A DNA stretch of 62,996 bases, filler included, from Basidiobolus ranarum (GCA_040143965.1; 26 parts of 26 records of this genome joined end to end with filler, not necessarily neighbours in it); one strand, 5' to 3'; positions 24,106 to 36,456 are shown, counted from the first letter of the whole stretch. Program-made: numbers and translations. The notes: a model not told the origin generated them from the sequence alone.

Positions 24106-24224
24106 TTAGGGTTAGGGTTAGGGGGGAGACAGTCACCAAAAGGTGAAATCTTTATTTCAAACAAAACAAAGAAGCCATAACTACTTTTGTAGTTTCTTAA
24201 CTAATGTATGGAGATCTGGAGTAT
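24106..24224 (-). mobile_element. Putative non-LTR/PLE 3' end with telomeric tail; (TTAGGG)3 on plus strand at 24106-24123
   Basis: Minus strand reads AATAAAGATTT-CACC-TTTT-GGTG-ACTGTCT-CCCCCC-TAACCCTAACCCTAA and abuts copia RT. Confidence 0.55.
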
Positions 24225-24670
24225 NNNNNNNNNNNNNNNNNNNNNNNNNNNNNNNNNNNNNNNNNNNNTTAATTAATTAANNNNNNNNNNNNNNNNNNNN
24301 NNNNNNNNNNNNNNNNNNNNNNNNATGTTGTGCAATAGAAACATCCTTGGCATGTTAGCTAGAACTAGAGATAAACTTGTTGCAATATATTTCAGACCAG
24401 AGGCTATATTAGTGAAGTTGCAACCTAACCCTAAAATTAATACCAATCAAGTTAAATAAGTTTAGAAACTATCTTTATATAGATACAGACATGGAGGCCT
24501 AATCAATGTCTTCTTTGTTAGCTTGAATGTTGAGTTACAATTGTATACTATGATTCAGGCTCTATTTAAGGTGTAGTAGCAGTAGAATTCTTTAAATATC
24601 AGAGATTTAATTATCTTGCTAGTGTTGCATTTTGATCTGTAGTTATTTGTAGTGTGTTACCAATACAATT

Positions 24671-24744
24671 TGGAGATTCTACAAAAATATAACAAGCTTG
24701 ATGAGAATGGAGATTCTACAAAAATATAACAAGCTTGATGAGAA
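24671..24744. repeat. Perfect 37-bp tandem duplication
   Basis: TGGAGATTCTACAAAAATATAACAAGCTTGATGAGAA x2. Confidence 0.95.
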
Positions 24745-25090
24745 CCAATGTATTCCATTGTTTTTGCTAACGTGGTATATACTCCATGTCTTAACTGACC
24801 CTTACTTTGGTTGTTACATTTTGATTCATTTGAGTGAGTGGTGAGTGTTCATTTTATAAGAAACATCTAGATAGAATCAACACTTCTAAACCAAATGGTA
24901 AGTGATGATGATTTCCAAAATCTTAGCTACTACTATTGTTTTTATTTCATTTTAAACTGAACTTGAGTGGTTTTATTCACTCCAATCATAATCTACTTTC
25001 ATCCTAATATCTGACCATCAAATACTAAAGACTTTGCTTGCGTCCTTATTCTTGCTTTGTGGATTTTCCTGATTTGAAATACCATTGGTT

Positions 25091-25209
25091 ATGGGATTCT
25101 TAAAATATACAGGATTCTTAAAATATATGGGATTCTTAAAATATACAGGATTCTGAAAATATATGGGATTCTTAAAATATATGGGATTCTTAAAATATAT
25201 AGGATTCAA
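25091..25209 (-). repeat. 18-bp minisatellite x6.5 (NP[IV]YF[KQ] in the minus frame)
   Basis: A(TG/CA)GGATTCTTAAAATAT units. Confidence 0.95.
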
Positions 25210-25564
25210 TCTATTTGTCAGTATTGCATCATGGGAGATGTCAACTAGTGCCCAAATGGCCTTTGGTTTGAATCTTGAGCTTCTAACCCTAACCAGCTTA
25301 GTTGGAGTCAATAAATTCCATTTTATACCAAAACATGATCAGCTGCATTTCTTGACTCCAACTACTGCTTTAGTTTATATGTTTATACCAAAACTATTGG
25401 TGCTCTGAAAACTTTGAGTGGCTTTCAAATTTTGATATATCAAATGTTTCAATTTCTTATTTCAAAATACACTTGAATTGGCTGCTTACTTTCCAAGTAG
25501 TTGGAATATGTGATAGAGAACATATTCTAAGCATGAGCTTGGCAATACTATGGTACTTGATAAG

Positions 25565-25639
25565 TTAGTCAGAGCCAAATGTAAACTTGTTATGGCATTT
25601 TTTCATACAATGCACACCTGAGGTTACATTCAAGAAGTT
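25565..25639 (-). pseudogene. 3' fragment of a paralogous Cys-rich peptide gene
   Basis: NFLNVTSGVHCMKKCHNKFTFGSD*, homologous to 26474-26550. Confidence 0.6.
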
Positions 25640-25712
25640 GGTCAGAGACCATAGTGAAATCAGTCAAGTCAGGAGTGTTGAAGGCATGCTTTTCTATGCT
25701 AGACTTAATACA

Positions 25713-25904
25713 CTATTCTCCTTTGATTGGTTTAGTAAAGCTACACTGTGACTTGCATTGTCTAATGCTGTTCACTTGTTTATTGCATTTCAAAAGGCAT
25801 ATTTTGTTGCCATTACAAGCTTCCCAGCATTGTGGACTCTTGATAGCTTCATTCTTAGCAAACAGGATAGCAGAAAGAAGGATGGTTGGAATCAAGTATC
25901 TCAT
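25713..25904 (-). CDS. Small secreted Cys-rich (CxxxC) peptide; the stop may be premature (CAG>TAG)
   Basis: Signal-like MRYLIPTILLSAILFA; CWEAC, CLLKC, CKSQC; reading through TAG gives QCIKS, matching QCIKK in the paralog; TATA-like sequence upstream. Confidence 0.7.
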   Translation of the reverse strand: MRYLIPTILLSAILFAKNEAIKSPQCWEACNGNKICLLKCNKQVNSIRQCKSQCSFTKPIKGE

Positions 25905-26473
25905 AGTGTAATTGTTGTGTGGGTTCTGTTTGTTGAAAATATTGCCTTTTATACTGTAAATGTTGGACTGAAGTTAAAAATAGTCTAGTTATATTAGCTG
26001 TAAAATTATCAATCATAGCATTCTTGGATTATTACAAAAAAATAACAAATGTCATAGTTGCTTCCTAATGCCTCAGGTATTGTGGAGAACTATACTAATA
26101 AAACTACCAATTAGTATACTGTTACTTCCCTATTAGATTAGTGTAATTGGCTTTAATTTTTATCATTAATTATCTAAATAATATAATTGTATAGTTATCA
26201 ATTCATTCTTGAGAAATGTACTTCAGGTGCCTACTTCAACTTTTAAGGAAAAGTTGGCACTGGTACTTGTGGAATTGACATATTCAATAGTTGCTGATGA
26301 AACCTCTAGGGCAAAATGCTGACATATTCAGATTTCTGATTGCATATTTGCTGTATATATTTTGTGTTAGGACTTGTGTTCTCATTAAAAATTACTAAGG
26401 GTAAGATTAGTTATAGTACTACTCATTTATTGTACTAAGATATATTAGTTTCTTTTATAATTATCTTGATTAG

Positions 26474-26615
26474 TTAAACAGAGCCAAATATGTATCTGTT
26501 GCACCATTTTTTGATACATTGCCCACCTGAGGTCACATTTAAGAAGTTACATCTTGCTTTACATCCTCTTAATCCTTAGCCACATTGGGCAAGACATCTG
26601 CAGTTGCTTGCACAA
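26474..26615 (-). pseudogene. Paralogous Cys-rich peptide gene, internal stop, 5' end cut off by a CCCTAAC terminus
   Basis: CASNCRCLAQCG*GLRGCKARCNFLNVTSGGQCIKKWCNRYIFGSV*. Confidence 0.65.
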
Positions 26616-26651
26616 CCCTAACAAAAATAAACTCATTATGAATGGGACTGG
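26616..26651. mobile_element. CMC-type terminus CCCTAACAAAAATAA with a different subterminal sequence
   Basis: 15-bp identity to the right TIR, then divergence. Confidence 0.6.
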
Positions 26652-26751
26652 NNNNNNNNNNNNNNNNNNNNNNNNNNNNNNNNNNNNNNNNNNNNTTAAT
26701 TAATTAANNNNNNNNNNNNNNNNNNNNNNNNNNNNNNNNNNNNNNNNNNNN

Positions 26752-29078
26752 AAGAGGTTCCAGAGTTCTCGTTGACGATTGCCACATCATTTAACTTCTG
26801 GAGACCTTCGCCTACCAACGTACCGGATTTAGTAGGGGCCGGTATATTGATTGCTTCATTCACCGTGCCATCTCTATCATAGACTAACCTGGTTTCTCAG
26901 TAAACTATATTAGCATAACTCCAAATCTAGAATCCGATGCAGATACCAAGGTGAAGTTTGTTACAAGCAGTAGCGAGCTAAAAAGAAACCTGGAACAAAT
27001 TCGAGCACTCGGTGTACCTCGTGAAAAACTTTTAATGGGACTTTTGTTCTTTGGCATGTAAGTGGCTGCTTTGGATGATTTTTGCAATTTTACTCTATTC
27101 GATACTTACTGAAACCTATCCGTGGGTGAATCTTGGCAGGCCCTATAAGCTAGCAGATCCTAACTGTCACTGGGCTGTCTGTGCAGTGACAAGTGGTGAA
27201 TCTCAAAGTATGTGTGTTGAGAATTCAAGAATTTGGCCATATTATGAGGTTCGAGATCTATTTGGATATAGTGCTCCTGTTGGTGTCGAAAGAGAAGTCT
27301 TTAACCCAGACGCGCTCAGTACTATCATTACCCATGGCGAATCCAAGACGGACATTGTTGTCTATGATGACATAGAATCGATCAAAGCCAAAGCGAACCT
27401 CGCTAAAGAAATATGTCTTGGTGGTGTAAGTGTATGGAGTATTGATCAAGATGGCGATTCTGGTGATTTGTTCGGTGCGATTAATGAAATTGTGACTAAG
27501 ATCCCAAACCCGGATCAATTGATTCAAGGTGATATTCATTGCATTGTGTATAGATCGTAGAGCTACCTATTAATTTTGCCACGGTTATTCTATATAGATT
27601 TGATGGTGGCTTTAAACAGAGATGGAACTGTTCCAGATAATTTTTGGGATGTCATCGCGAGTCGAGTATCCCTTCTTGTTGACAATTACTCTCTTTCTCA
27701 AAGCTACGCTTATCAACTACTCTTACTAGCCTCTACCCGAATGTATAACCTTGTCACCGTTCAACTAGAGAAATTGTTAAGTCAAGGTGACCTTAGCGCA
27801 GACAAATTTGCCATTTATAAGAAATGGACGACTATTTCGGTTAATCGACAACTTCACCAACTTATGATCGGGGATGGAAGACAATTTTGGTCTTGTAAGA
27901 TCAATCAAAGTAGTGACTCTTCTCCTGACAAGTGTCCCACATCCTACCTGAGTCCGGTAGGTGTTTATGAAGTGACATGGGATTTGATAAACCGAGAGGG
28001 TTTCGAGAGTCTATTAGTCGAGAGGCTTCAAATCTCTCTGAATGATTTAGAAATGAGTACAGCTTATTATCCAATCATAGGTATGTGAAAGAGAATCCCT
28101 CAATCTTGTCATTATTACTCATTCGTTAGTGTAGGTGGTTGTCGCGATCCTGGCCTTGCTGCTGCTCTAATTTCTCCTAATACAAGCGCACCTCATGTGG
28201 CAATGAAGACAAGAGCTAAATATAGAACTTCTAAGGGACCAAGAATCAAGAAGTTTGGTAAACGATCCATGGAAGATCCTTTTGTCTCGGATCCATTTTG
28301 CGAGCTGGATACTCATTGGTATTTATTCTTTTGAAATTATTCACTTAAAAACTCGAGTTTGAAATGGGTTTTGACATCCACTTTAATGCCTTTTCATATT
28401 GTAGGAATGGCATGCTTAGAGCCAAGGACTCGTTTTTCGAGAATCCTGAACCATCTATACAGGAATATATCCAAACCGCTCAACTTGAAATCATGCGATT
28501 GGAGACTGTAGGTCTTTCCAAGGAAGCTTCCTTGTTGGAAGTCATGACCAATTTAGAAGAGGTATTGGTTACAATCACTTCCGGATCCCATATCTTAGTC
28601 CAAACCTATGGCTATATTGCAGCTCTAGATGAGGCGTTAGAAGCAGAAAGACAACAACTAGCAGCTCGAAACACAGTGGAGAGTATTCTACTTGAACTTG
28701 GGTTAACACTTATCGGGTTTGCTATTGGCCCTGTAGCTGGTTTAGTTGGAAGAGGGATCATGACGATCAGTCGCACTGTGGGAAATGTTTTAAAGACCGC
28801 ACGGGCCGCTAGAGGAGGAAAAGCTATCCAAGATGCGGCTAAACTTGAACAAACTGTAGTAAATGGATTTACCTCTATCAACAAAATTAAAGAGGCTGTA
28901 GGCTCGTTGCGCTCCATGATGACTCCATGTAAGTGAATATTCACTAGTTTCATTCTGGCAGATGTTAACTTTCGTTTTATCAGGATGCAATGGGACTCCA
29001 ACTGGTGGCTCATTATTGGTACCTACACCGGTTTGATTGGATTTATAGATGGTTTTGTATTGAGAAATGTTTACTTCC
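26752..29078 (+). CDS. GH18 chitinase-like protein, subgroup C (killer-toxin alpha type) with long C-terminal region; internal fragment with introns
   Basis: GVPREKLLMGLLFFG, Y.L.DPNC...C, YDD.ES.KAKA..A...CLGGVSVWSIDQD; GT-AG introns 26842-26900, 27058-27139, 27529-27597, 28081-28134 and 28319-28404 keep the frame; later W.G....NP motif and hydrophobic LLELGLTLIGFAIGPVAG. Confidence 0.88.
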
Positions 29079-29178
29079 NNNNNNNNNNNNNNNNNNNNNN
29101 NNNNNNNNNNNNNNNNNNNNNNTTAATTAATTAANNNNNNNNNNNNNNNNNNNNNNNNNNNNNNNNNNNNNNNNNNNN

Positions 29179-30301
29179 ATATAAGTTAGGTTTAAGAGAA
29201 ATACAAAACAATCCATTGAGTAGGAATGATGAAAATGGGTAAATAGCAACTCATTATTTAGTAGTAGGTTTTTTCACATTCTGATTATTTAGCACTCAAT
29301 TCTGTCATTCAAAAATGTGTGTTTATTGCTCTAATTGATAGAATTATCAAATAGATTACTTTTACCAATTTTGACTATTTTCTCAAAACCTCTCCAAATC
29401 ACCTCAAATTTTCACACATGCTTAACAGGCATGTTTGTTATGACCCAAGCACATCCAATAGTTCTATTTCAAAGTTTTTCCATTGTTGGAGGATCTTGAC
29501 ATAATGGGGGTGGACTTTGTATATTGATAGCAATATATGGTAGGATGTTTTAGTTACTTTATTCTTAGGAGCATATGGTAACTTTTATAGTAGAAAAGTA
29601 AATCAATTGTTTAAGATATTCAGGAGATTGTGTAATAAGAAATAATAAATAAGTGGGGGTAATAAGACATACTTGCTATATCGATATAGAGACATTCCTA
29701 TTTAGAATATAGGGGCTATAGGTATGTTGCTTTCTGTCTCTGATATATGTTTCATAACTAAAACTATGATGCTGAATAGAGATTAATTATCCAACAACCA
29801 TAAGTAGGATATATGAAATTCAATAAAACTTGAGTGTCTATTTCACAAATCCAAATCTTGTCCAAAACACTTCCAAATCCCCTAAACTCTTTTATCACTA
29901 ACATGTTCAGTTGTTCCATTTCATAGTACACAATAAACAGGACCTATTCAACTCAATAAAGCTTAATTGTCTAAACATTTCCAAATCACTTAAGGACTTT
30001 TATCAGGTTATGTGCCCCATGCTAACAGTTAAAGGAATGTCTTCCAGTACTATTACTAATGTTTTTGCATCCACAAAGATGTTTGATGGTGAATAATCCC
30101 ACCATTGAGGTTCAAGATGTAAATGGTCATAGAGGACAAGGACCTTTGGGGATTTTTGACAGGAGCATAAATTGAGCTAAAGGGACCATCATAAGCTATC
30201 TTTGCCTTTTTCCACAAGTAGAGTGAAGTACTCTCTATGTTTTGTCAACAACTTAGAAACCATGAACTGAGGCACATGCAATGAGCCAAAAATGTCAGAA
30301 A
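29179..30301 (+). mobile_element. Copia LTR family D nest (LTR ends at 29897 and 30005), PBS GGTTATGTGCCC at 30006, gag start
   Basis: TTTTATCA ends; gag MSSSTIT..FDGE...EDKDLWGFL. Confidence 0.85.
29484..29796. repeat. Solo LTR family C (313 bp) inserted in LTR-D
   Basis: TGTTGGA...TCCAACA termini; flanks TCCAT/ACCAT (4 of 5 bases of a TSD). Confidence 0.88.
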
Positions 30302-31504
30302 TGCTAAAAGTGTTTAGGGGAGTTGGAAGTGTTTGGGAATTCATTTGGATTTGTGAATTAGACACTTAAGGTTAATTGAATTGAATACGTCCTATTTATA
30401 GCTTACTATGAAGTAGGACAATTGGATGTGCTTAGAACATAACAAACATGCCTGTTGGGCATGGGTGAAAACTTGAGGTGATTTGGAAATATTTTGAGAA
30501 AATAGTGAAAATTGATCAAAGTGATCTAATTGATATTTCTATCAATTAGAGCAATAAACATGCACTTTTGAATGTCAGAGTTGAATGCTACATTATCAGA
30601 ATATGAATAAACCTACTACTAAATATGGAGTTTGTATTTACCGAACTTAAACATTCCCACTCAACTAATCATTTTTTATTTTTTTGAACCTAACTTATAT
30701 GTCAATGATACAAATTGTTCTTTAGCTGAAGGTTTGGTTAAGACAGCAGCTGTCATTTCTTCAGTAAGGCAATAGACAAGTTCCGTTATTTCATTCTGTA
30801 TTGCTTCTCACAGAATGATGCCTAATAACTATATGTTTTGTTCTAGCATGAAATACAGGGTTTTTGGCTAATGAAAACAACCTTGAATATTTTCAAATAC
30901 AGTAATTGCACATTTTTGCATGTATCCTAAGTCTGTAAATAACTTTCTTAATTACATAGCTCCTTGTGTAGTAGCAGAGCCAGCCATATACTTTGCTTCT
31001 GTAGTGGAAAGTGCAATGGTTGGTTGCTTCTTACCATTTGAAGTTATGGCTCCATTGCCATAGAGAAAAGTATACCTAGTTGTTGATCTTCTATCATCAA
31101 GGTTTCTTTCCAAGTCTGCATCACTGTAGCAGTCAAAATTTTGTGTATCAGGAGAGGCAGTGTATTCCAAAACCAGATCTCCAGTTCCTCTCAAAAACCT
31201 GAATATTTGTTTTACGGCAGTTTTGTGTTCTGAACCTGAATTTTAAAGAGATTGGCTAAGAATTCCCACAACAATGTCTGGACATGTTCAAACCATTGTA
31301 TATATTAAACTACCCCTGTGGATTGATAAGGGAACTCCTGGCTTTGATTTGAGTCATTGTGGGCCAAATTGGATGAAATTTTGATTAATTTCACATTGAG
31401 ATCCATTGGCATTGATACAGGCTTGCTATTCTTCATATTGAAGTGTTTTAGGATGTCTAAGATGTGTCTAGACTGATTCAGCCTGATTTTCTGAGTGGGT
31501 TTAG
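30302..31504 (-). mobile_element. LTR-D (30302-30704) and copia RT/RNase H remnant
   Basis: Reverse complement of the 29179-29897 LTR; YSDAD...LDDRRSTT, ALSTTEAKYMA, VLTKP. Confidence 0.9.
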
Positions 31505-31604
31505 NNNNNNNNNNNNNNNNNNNNNNNNNNNNNNNNNNNNNNNNNNNNTTAATTAATTAANNNNNNNNNNNNNNNNNNNNNNNNNNNNNNNNNNNNNNNN
31601 NNNN

Positions 31605-32363
31605 GAGCCTGTTCGAAGTGGGTTGGAGAATTAGAGAAATTGGGGGTTTTCACTTATTGATTTATTGAGTTGAAAGTTGACATTTATAGTTTTCTCAAGA
31701 TGTAGGAGAACTAACATGTAGAATGTACCAAGGAAGGCCCCAGGAACATGTGTGCAAAGTTTGGGGCTTCTTTGAAGAATCTATATATCTGAGAACTTCT
31801 AAGTTGGTAAAATATTCTAAGTAAACTCTGATTGAGAATAATGGGTAATATCTTAGTGAAATATAAGGTAACTAAGTCCTAAGCTATATATGAGTATATA
31901 GGTATTTAGGCAATGCTAATTTCAACAATACATCCTTATTATATGAAAGAGACTTCTGGCAAATATGTGAGTAGTATTAAAACCTTATAACATCAAGGAC
32001 TTCTTTTTGGACCCTGTTTATGTTGAAGTATTAGGGAGTTTGTTGGAAGTGATTTGGAGAACTAAAAGAGTTGATGGTTTTTACTTATTGATTGATTGAG
32101 CAGAAAGTTGACATTTAGAGTTTGTCAAGAGGTAAAAAAACAAACGTGTACAATGTGCTAAGAAAGGTCCCAGGAACATGTGTGCAAATTTTGGAGCTTC
32201 TAAGAAAAGCTTGAAAAATCTGTATATCTGAGAACTTCCAAGTAAATTCCTCTTGAGAATAGTGTGTGATATCTTAGTGAAATACGGAATAACTAAGTAC
32301 TAAGCTATATATATATATATATATATGCCTATATTGATGTTTAGGCTATGCTAATTTCAATCA
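31605..32363 (-). repeat. Two LTR-A copies (31605-31927; 32021-32363) with a (TA)n expansion near 32306-32326
   Basis: Homology to LTR-A; TG..CA ends. Confidence 0.9.
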
Positions 32364-34030
32364 ATACTTGGCTATAGGGCAACATATATTTACAAAAGCC
32401 AAAGTGCCATGAATAGATGCAAACTCTGGACATTTCTAGCTCTCAAATAGTTCCAGGGAGGCTTGTTACGATTCAAGTTTTCCAGGTTCTGGGCTATTAG
32501 GCACTTAGTAATGATGTACCAATTGACCAAGTTCCATTGAATCGTTAGAGTGTCTGACTAAACTACTCGAATAATTGGTAGCGTATACGAGATAAAAGGG
32601 GATGTCTGTTCTTAATCAATATGCCATTGAAAGTCACGCCAATAGCTACAACGTCATGTTAACGAATATATGGCATCACAGCTAGAATAGAAATATTGGA
32701 TGTAGCCTTGGTACTGCAGTTGTGTGCCCTCTTACCAGCAATAAGCATAGTGATTAGAGAAATCCGACCACTCGATTTTGTTGACGTTAATGCTAGTGTC
32801 CATACAGAACCATGGTTTCAAGAGTATTCCAACAGTCTCACATGACAACACAACATTCCACATAACCAGGAGCAGCTTATTCAGGTATATTGCAGGGGTG
32901 CTCATCAGTCGTGCTTTCTAAATTTCAATATGAAACAAGGCTCTTGGTGAAGCTATAGCTAAACAAATGGTGGACATTTGAAAGGTTGGATTTGTATGTA
33001 GAATTGCAGTTATAATAATAGCCAGAGCGTGATTAAAAGGCTATTACTAACATTGAATTGCTAAACAACTAAGGCTCACGAAGCTATCTATTTGCCATTG
33101 ATGTCCGTAAGTACCCAAGTCACTCTACAAGGATGGAACCGGGTGATGACCGGTGTGATTTGAGATCTAATGATGTTGGGAAAGAGATCTAAGAAAACAA
33201 CTGATGGTTGCCTCCATAGTGAAATAAACATACGAAGAAACCAATCCGTTAAAATATGCCAGTGATTGGTGTCGCTGCTGTTGTATGTTAGCCGTGTTGG
33301 ACTTCTACCTGCGGCGAATGGCTGATAGTTTCCCCTTTTGGCTGATCTAAAAAGGAAGCATTCATCAGGATCCCCGATGCTGTGCAACAAGGCCACGAAA
33401 ACTCTCGTCCCCAACCATGTGTGGATATGATCCATCTTGGGTGTAATCGTGAGTGCACAATAGTCACTGCATTCACATACAAATAGATCCCAGGATACCA
33501 GCTACAATCCCCAATCTAGAGCTCTCAAATCGAATAGTGGAAGAACCTGCTGAGGAATCTACTGCATTTCCGTACACTAATGGATATCTACATCGACGGT
33601 CTCGACAATCTCCCACACAAGATCTCCGATTTTCATAGGGAAACGATGGATCCCTGGAATGGAATTTGGATTTCGTTCTCGGTTTGTGGAAACTAGACTT
33701 TTGGATGAATTTTTTTAATTCATGGAAGCTTGTTTATAGAAAGTATCTCGGGATGTCGAGCAAACTGATTGGATATGCCTTCGCTCTACATCAGTCCAAT
33801 CCTGTCTAGTTGGTTTACCAGTTGTAGTAAATGTATTATGTGCTTTGCTAAATCAAGGCCCATTTTAGCTAATAAATAAATTCTGACTGCTGTGAATCCT
33901 CATTGAATAAATGCACGTCATGTGTATGGTNNNNNNNNNNNNNNNNNNNNNNNNNNNNNNNNNNNNNNNNNNNNTTAATTAATTAANNNNNNNNNNNNNN
34001 NNNNNNNNNNNNNNNNNNNNNNNNNNNNNN

Positions 34031-35908
34031 TCCATATTGAACTAAGATTTCACTCATTATTCTAAAGAGGAATTTATTTGATATATTTTTACCAACTTAG
34101 AGGTTCTCATATGTATAGATCTTGAGAGCTAGTCCTAAAAGTTCCAAACTTTGCACACATACTCCTGGGACATTAATTAACACATTCTACCCCTTTGTTT
34201 ACTTATTTCTTGACAAAACTAAACATATCAACTTCCTATTCAATAAGTCAATAAGTAAATACCACCAATTCCTCTGTTTCTGCAACCAATATCTGTGGAA
34301 ATTAGCATTGTCTAGACACCTATATGGTGATATATAGCTTAGTATTTAGTCATCTATATTCCACTAAGATATCAGCTATTATTCTCAATCAGTATCTACT
34401 TAAAAGTACTCAGAAATAGAGATTTGCAAACTTGTTCTAGAAGCCCCAAACTTTGCTCAAATGTTTCTGGATTTTCTTTAACATATTCTACATATTAGTT
34501 TGCTTTTATCTTGATAAAACAATTAATGTTAATGTTATATTCTATAAATGAAAAAGTCAAAGCCACCTATTTCTCTAATTCTTCAAAACACTTCCACAAA
34601 GTCCCAAAATACTTCAACAAGTTACAAGCCACAAGCTTGCACTCCCTATAATATCCAATTCTCAAAATTTGTGAACTTTTCTCTCTTTGGCAGAATTGAA
34701 CGGAACCAATTCTCATATTTATAAAACAAAAATGAAAATACTACTGCAAGAAAAACAACTTTGGGACACTGTTGTAGGAGAAGGAAACAATATAAAACTA
34801 TCCAAAATCAAAGCTTTACTTCATATTAAAAAAGAACAAAGTGCCTTCAACACAATTTGTCTTCATGTTAAACATAAATTGCTAATTCAATGTCCAAGAG
34901 CCAAAACTTTCAAGAAGATCTGGAAAGCCTTGGAACATATCTACTCTACATGTCCTGCTACCAACAAGATGTTTTTATGAAGATAATTGATCAACTTACA
35001 AATAAATGCAGGAGAAGGCATTAGACCACTAACTAATACTTTCACTATTTAGGGGGATGCAACACAATGCATTTGTGTACCTACTAATGATCACAATATC
35101 AAAGTCACAGTCCTGAATAGCCTGCCAGACAAACTCCAGAGCCTAGTAAAGGCTCTAGAATCTACAACAGAAGCTTGAACCTATATTATAAATATAGCCA
35201 ATCTCTGGAGGAAGATTTATGTAAAGAAGCATGCAACTAAAAGAATGAAGTCAATGCTTTAATAGGTTATGCAAAGCTGTCCCATAAAGATCAAAGGCAC
35301 CTTGCAAAGAGAAGTAACCTATTCTGCAATTACTGTAAAAGAACTGGCTATTCAATCAGAGATGGCTTAAATAAAAAGCAAAAGAAGAAAAGCAAAACAA
35401 ATCTAGAAAGATAGTTATAGCAATTTTTCACTTGCCTGTACCTGCCCTATCTACTACTACCAACAGCAATGGTTTTCATCGGAGATAAATGTAAAATGAA
35501 TGCTATTGGAATGAGAACAATTTAAGTCAATCAAACTGGTGTTTTTGAAGAGAGAGTGTATACTATTAATGACATACTCTATGTTCCAGATATTGCCATG
35601 AACTTAATATCTGTATACCAAGATACTATGCAAGGACTAATATTCAAATTTGATAGGTCAGATGTATCATCACTCATCAAATGGTAATATATAAGCTTTG
35701 GGACAAAGGGATCAGAATATATACAAACTTGCATATATTTCAAGTGGTTTATATATAAATATAAATTGCTCCATTCAAGAAACTATTCACTTATGGGATG
35801 TGAGATTTGGCCATATTGGATTTACTTATTTGTGCCAGATGATTGAAAATTGCCTAATTTCTGCAATTCAGATTATCTCCATACCCAAAATGTAAGTTTG
35901 TGGGGGTT
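34031..35908 (+). mobile_element. Copia-A 5' end: nested LTRs (34031-34293; 34294-34619), degenerate PBS, gag-protease-pre-integrase
   Basis: LNGTN..IYKTKMKILLQEKQLWD (gag), CNYCKRTG, LWD.RFGHIG. Confidence 0.92.
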
Positions 35909-36356
35909 CTCTAATGGAAATTTGAGGATTGATATTATAAGAAAACTGTCACAAATTCAATGCATTTTGGATTGACCATATACTTACCATCATAAAATCA
36001 TCAAGTTTGATTTGATTTTAATCAATTTTTTCAGTTACAGGAGTCAAATTTCAGATATCACAAAATAGTAGCACATGATTGGTTACAATCTCAGCAACAC
36101 ATGTGCAAAAAACTTAACACAAATTTTACACATTAACCACTTAAATGCTAATTTGTCATCTTTGAAATCCCTAGCTTCTTTGATTTATTTTCATGAATAT
36201 TTTTAAAGAGTTCTCATACCCAAGGTTTGGCTCATGTCCAACACAAGTTTGTATCAATAACTCCATCAAGACCCACCATTGTATTAACATTGCTGAATCA
36301 ACATTCCTCCTGCTATCTGGTGGATATCTTGCAAAATTGTGCCACTCAGTTTCAAG
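35909..36356 (+). mobile_element. CMC left end
   Basis: CTCTAATGGAAATTTGAGGATTG, homologous to 62221 onward. Confidence 0.85.
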
Positions 36357-36456
36357 NNNNNNNNNNNNNNNNNNNNNNNNNNNNNNNNNNNNNNNNNNNN
36401 TTAATTAATTAANNNNNNNNNNNNNNNNNNNNNNNNNNNNNNNNNNNNNNNNNNNN

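Noticed and set aside
24424-24434. Isolated CCTAACCCTAA (and CTAACCCTAACC near 25283) as telomere remnants
   Set aside because: Only about two units, without the AATAAA/hairpin/C-run context; compatible with chance
24671-25209. 37-bp and 18-bp repeats as a CRISPR-like array
   Set aside because: Directly tandem with no spacers; eukaryotic context
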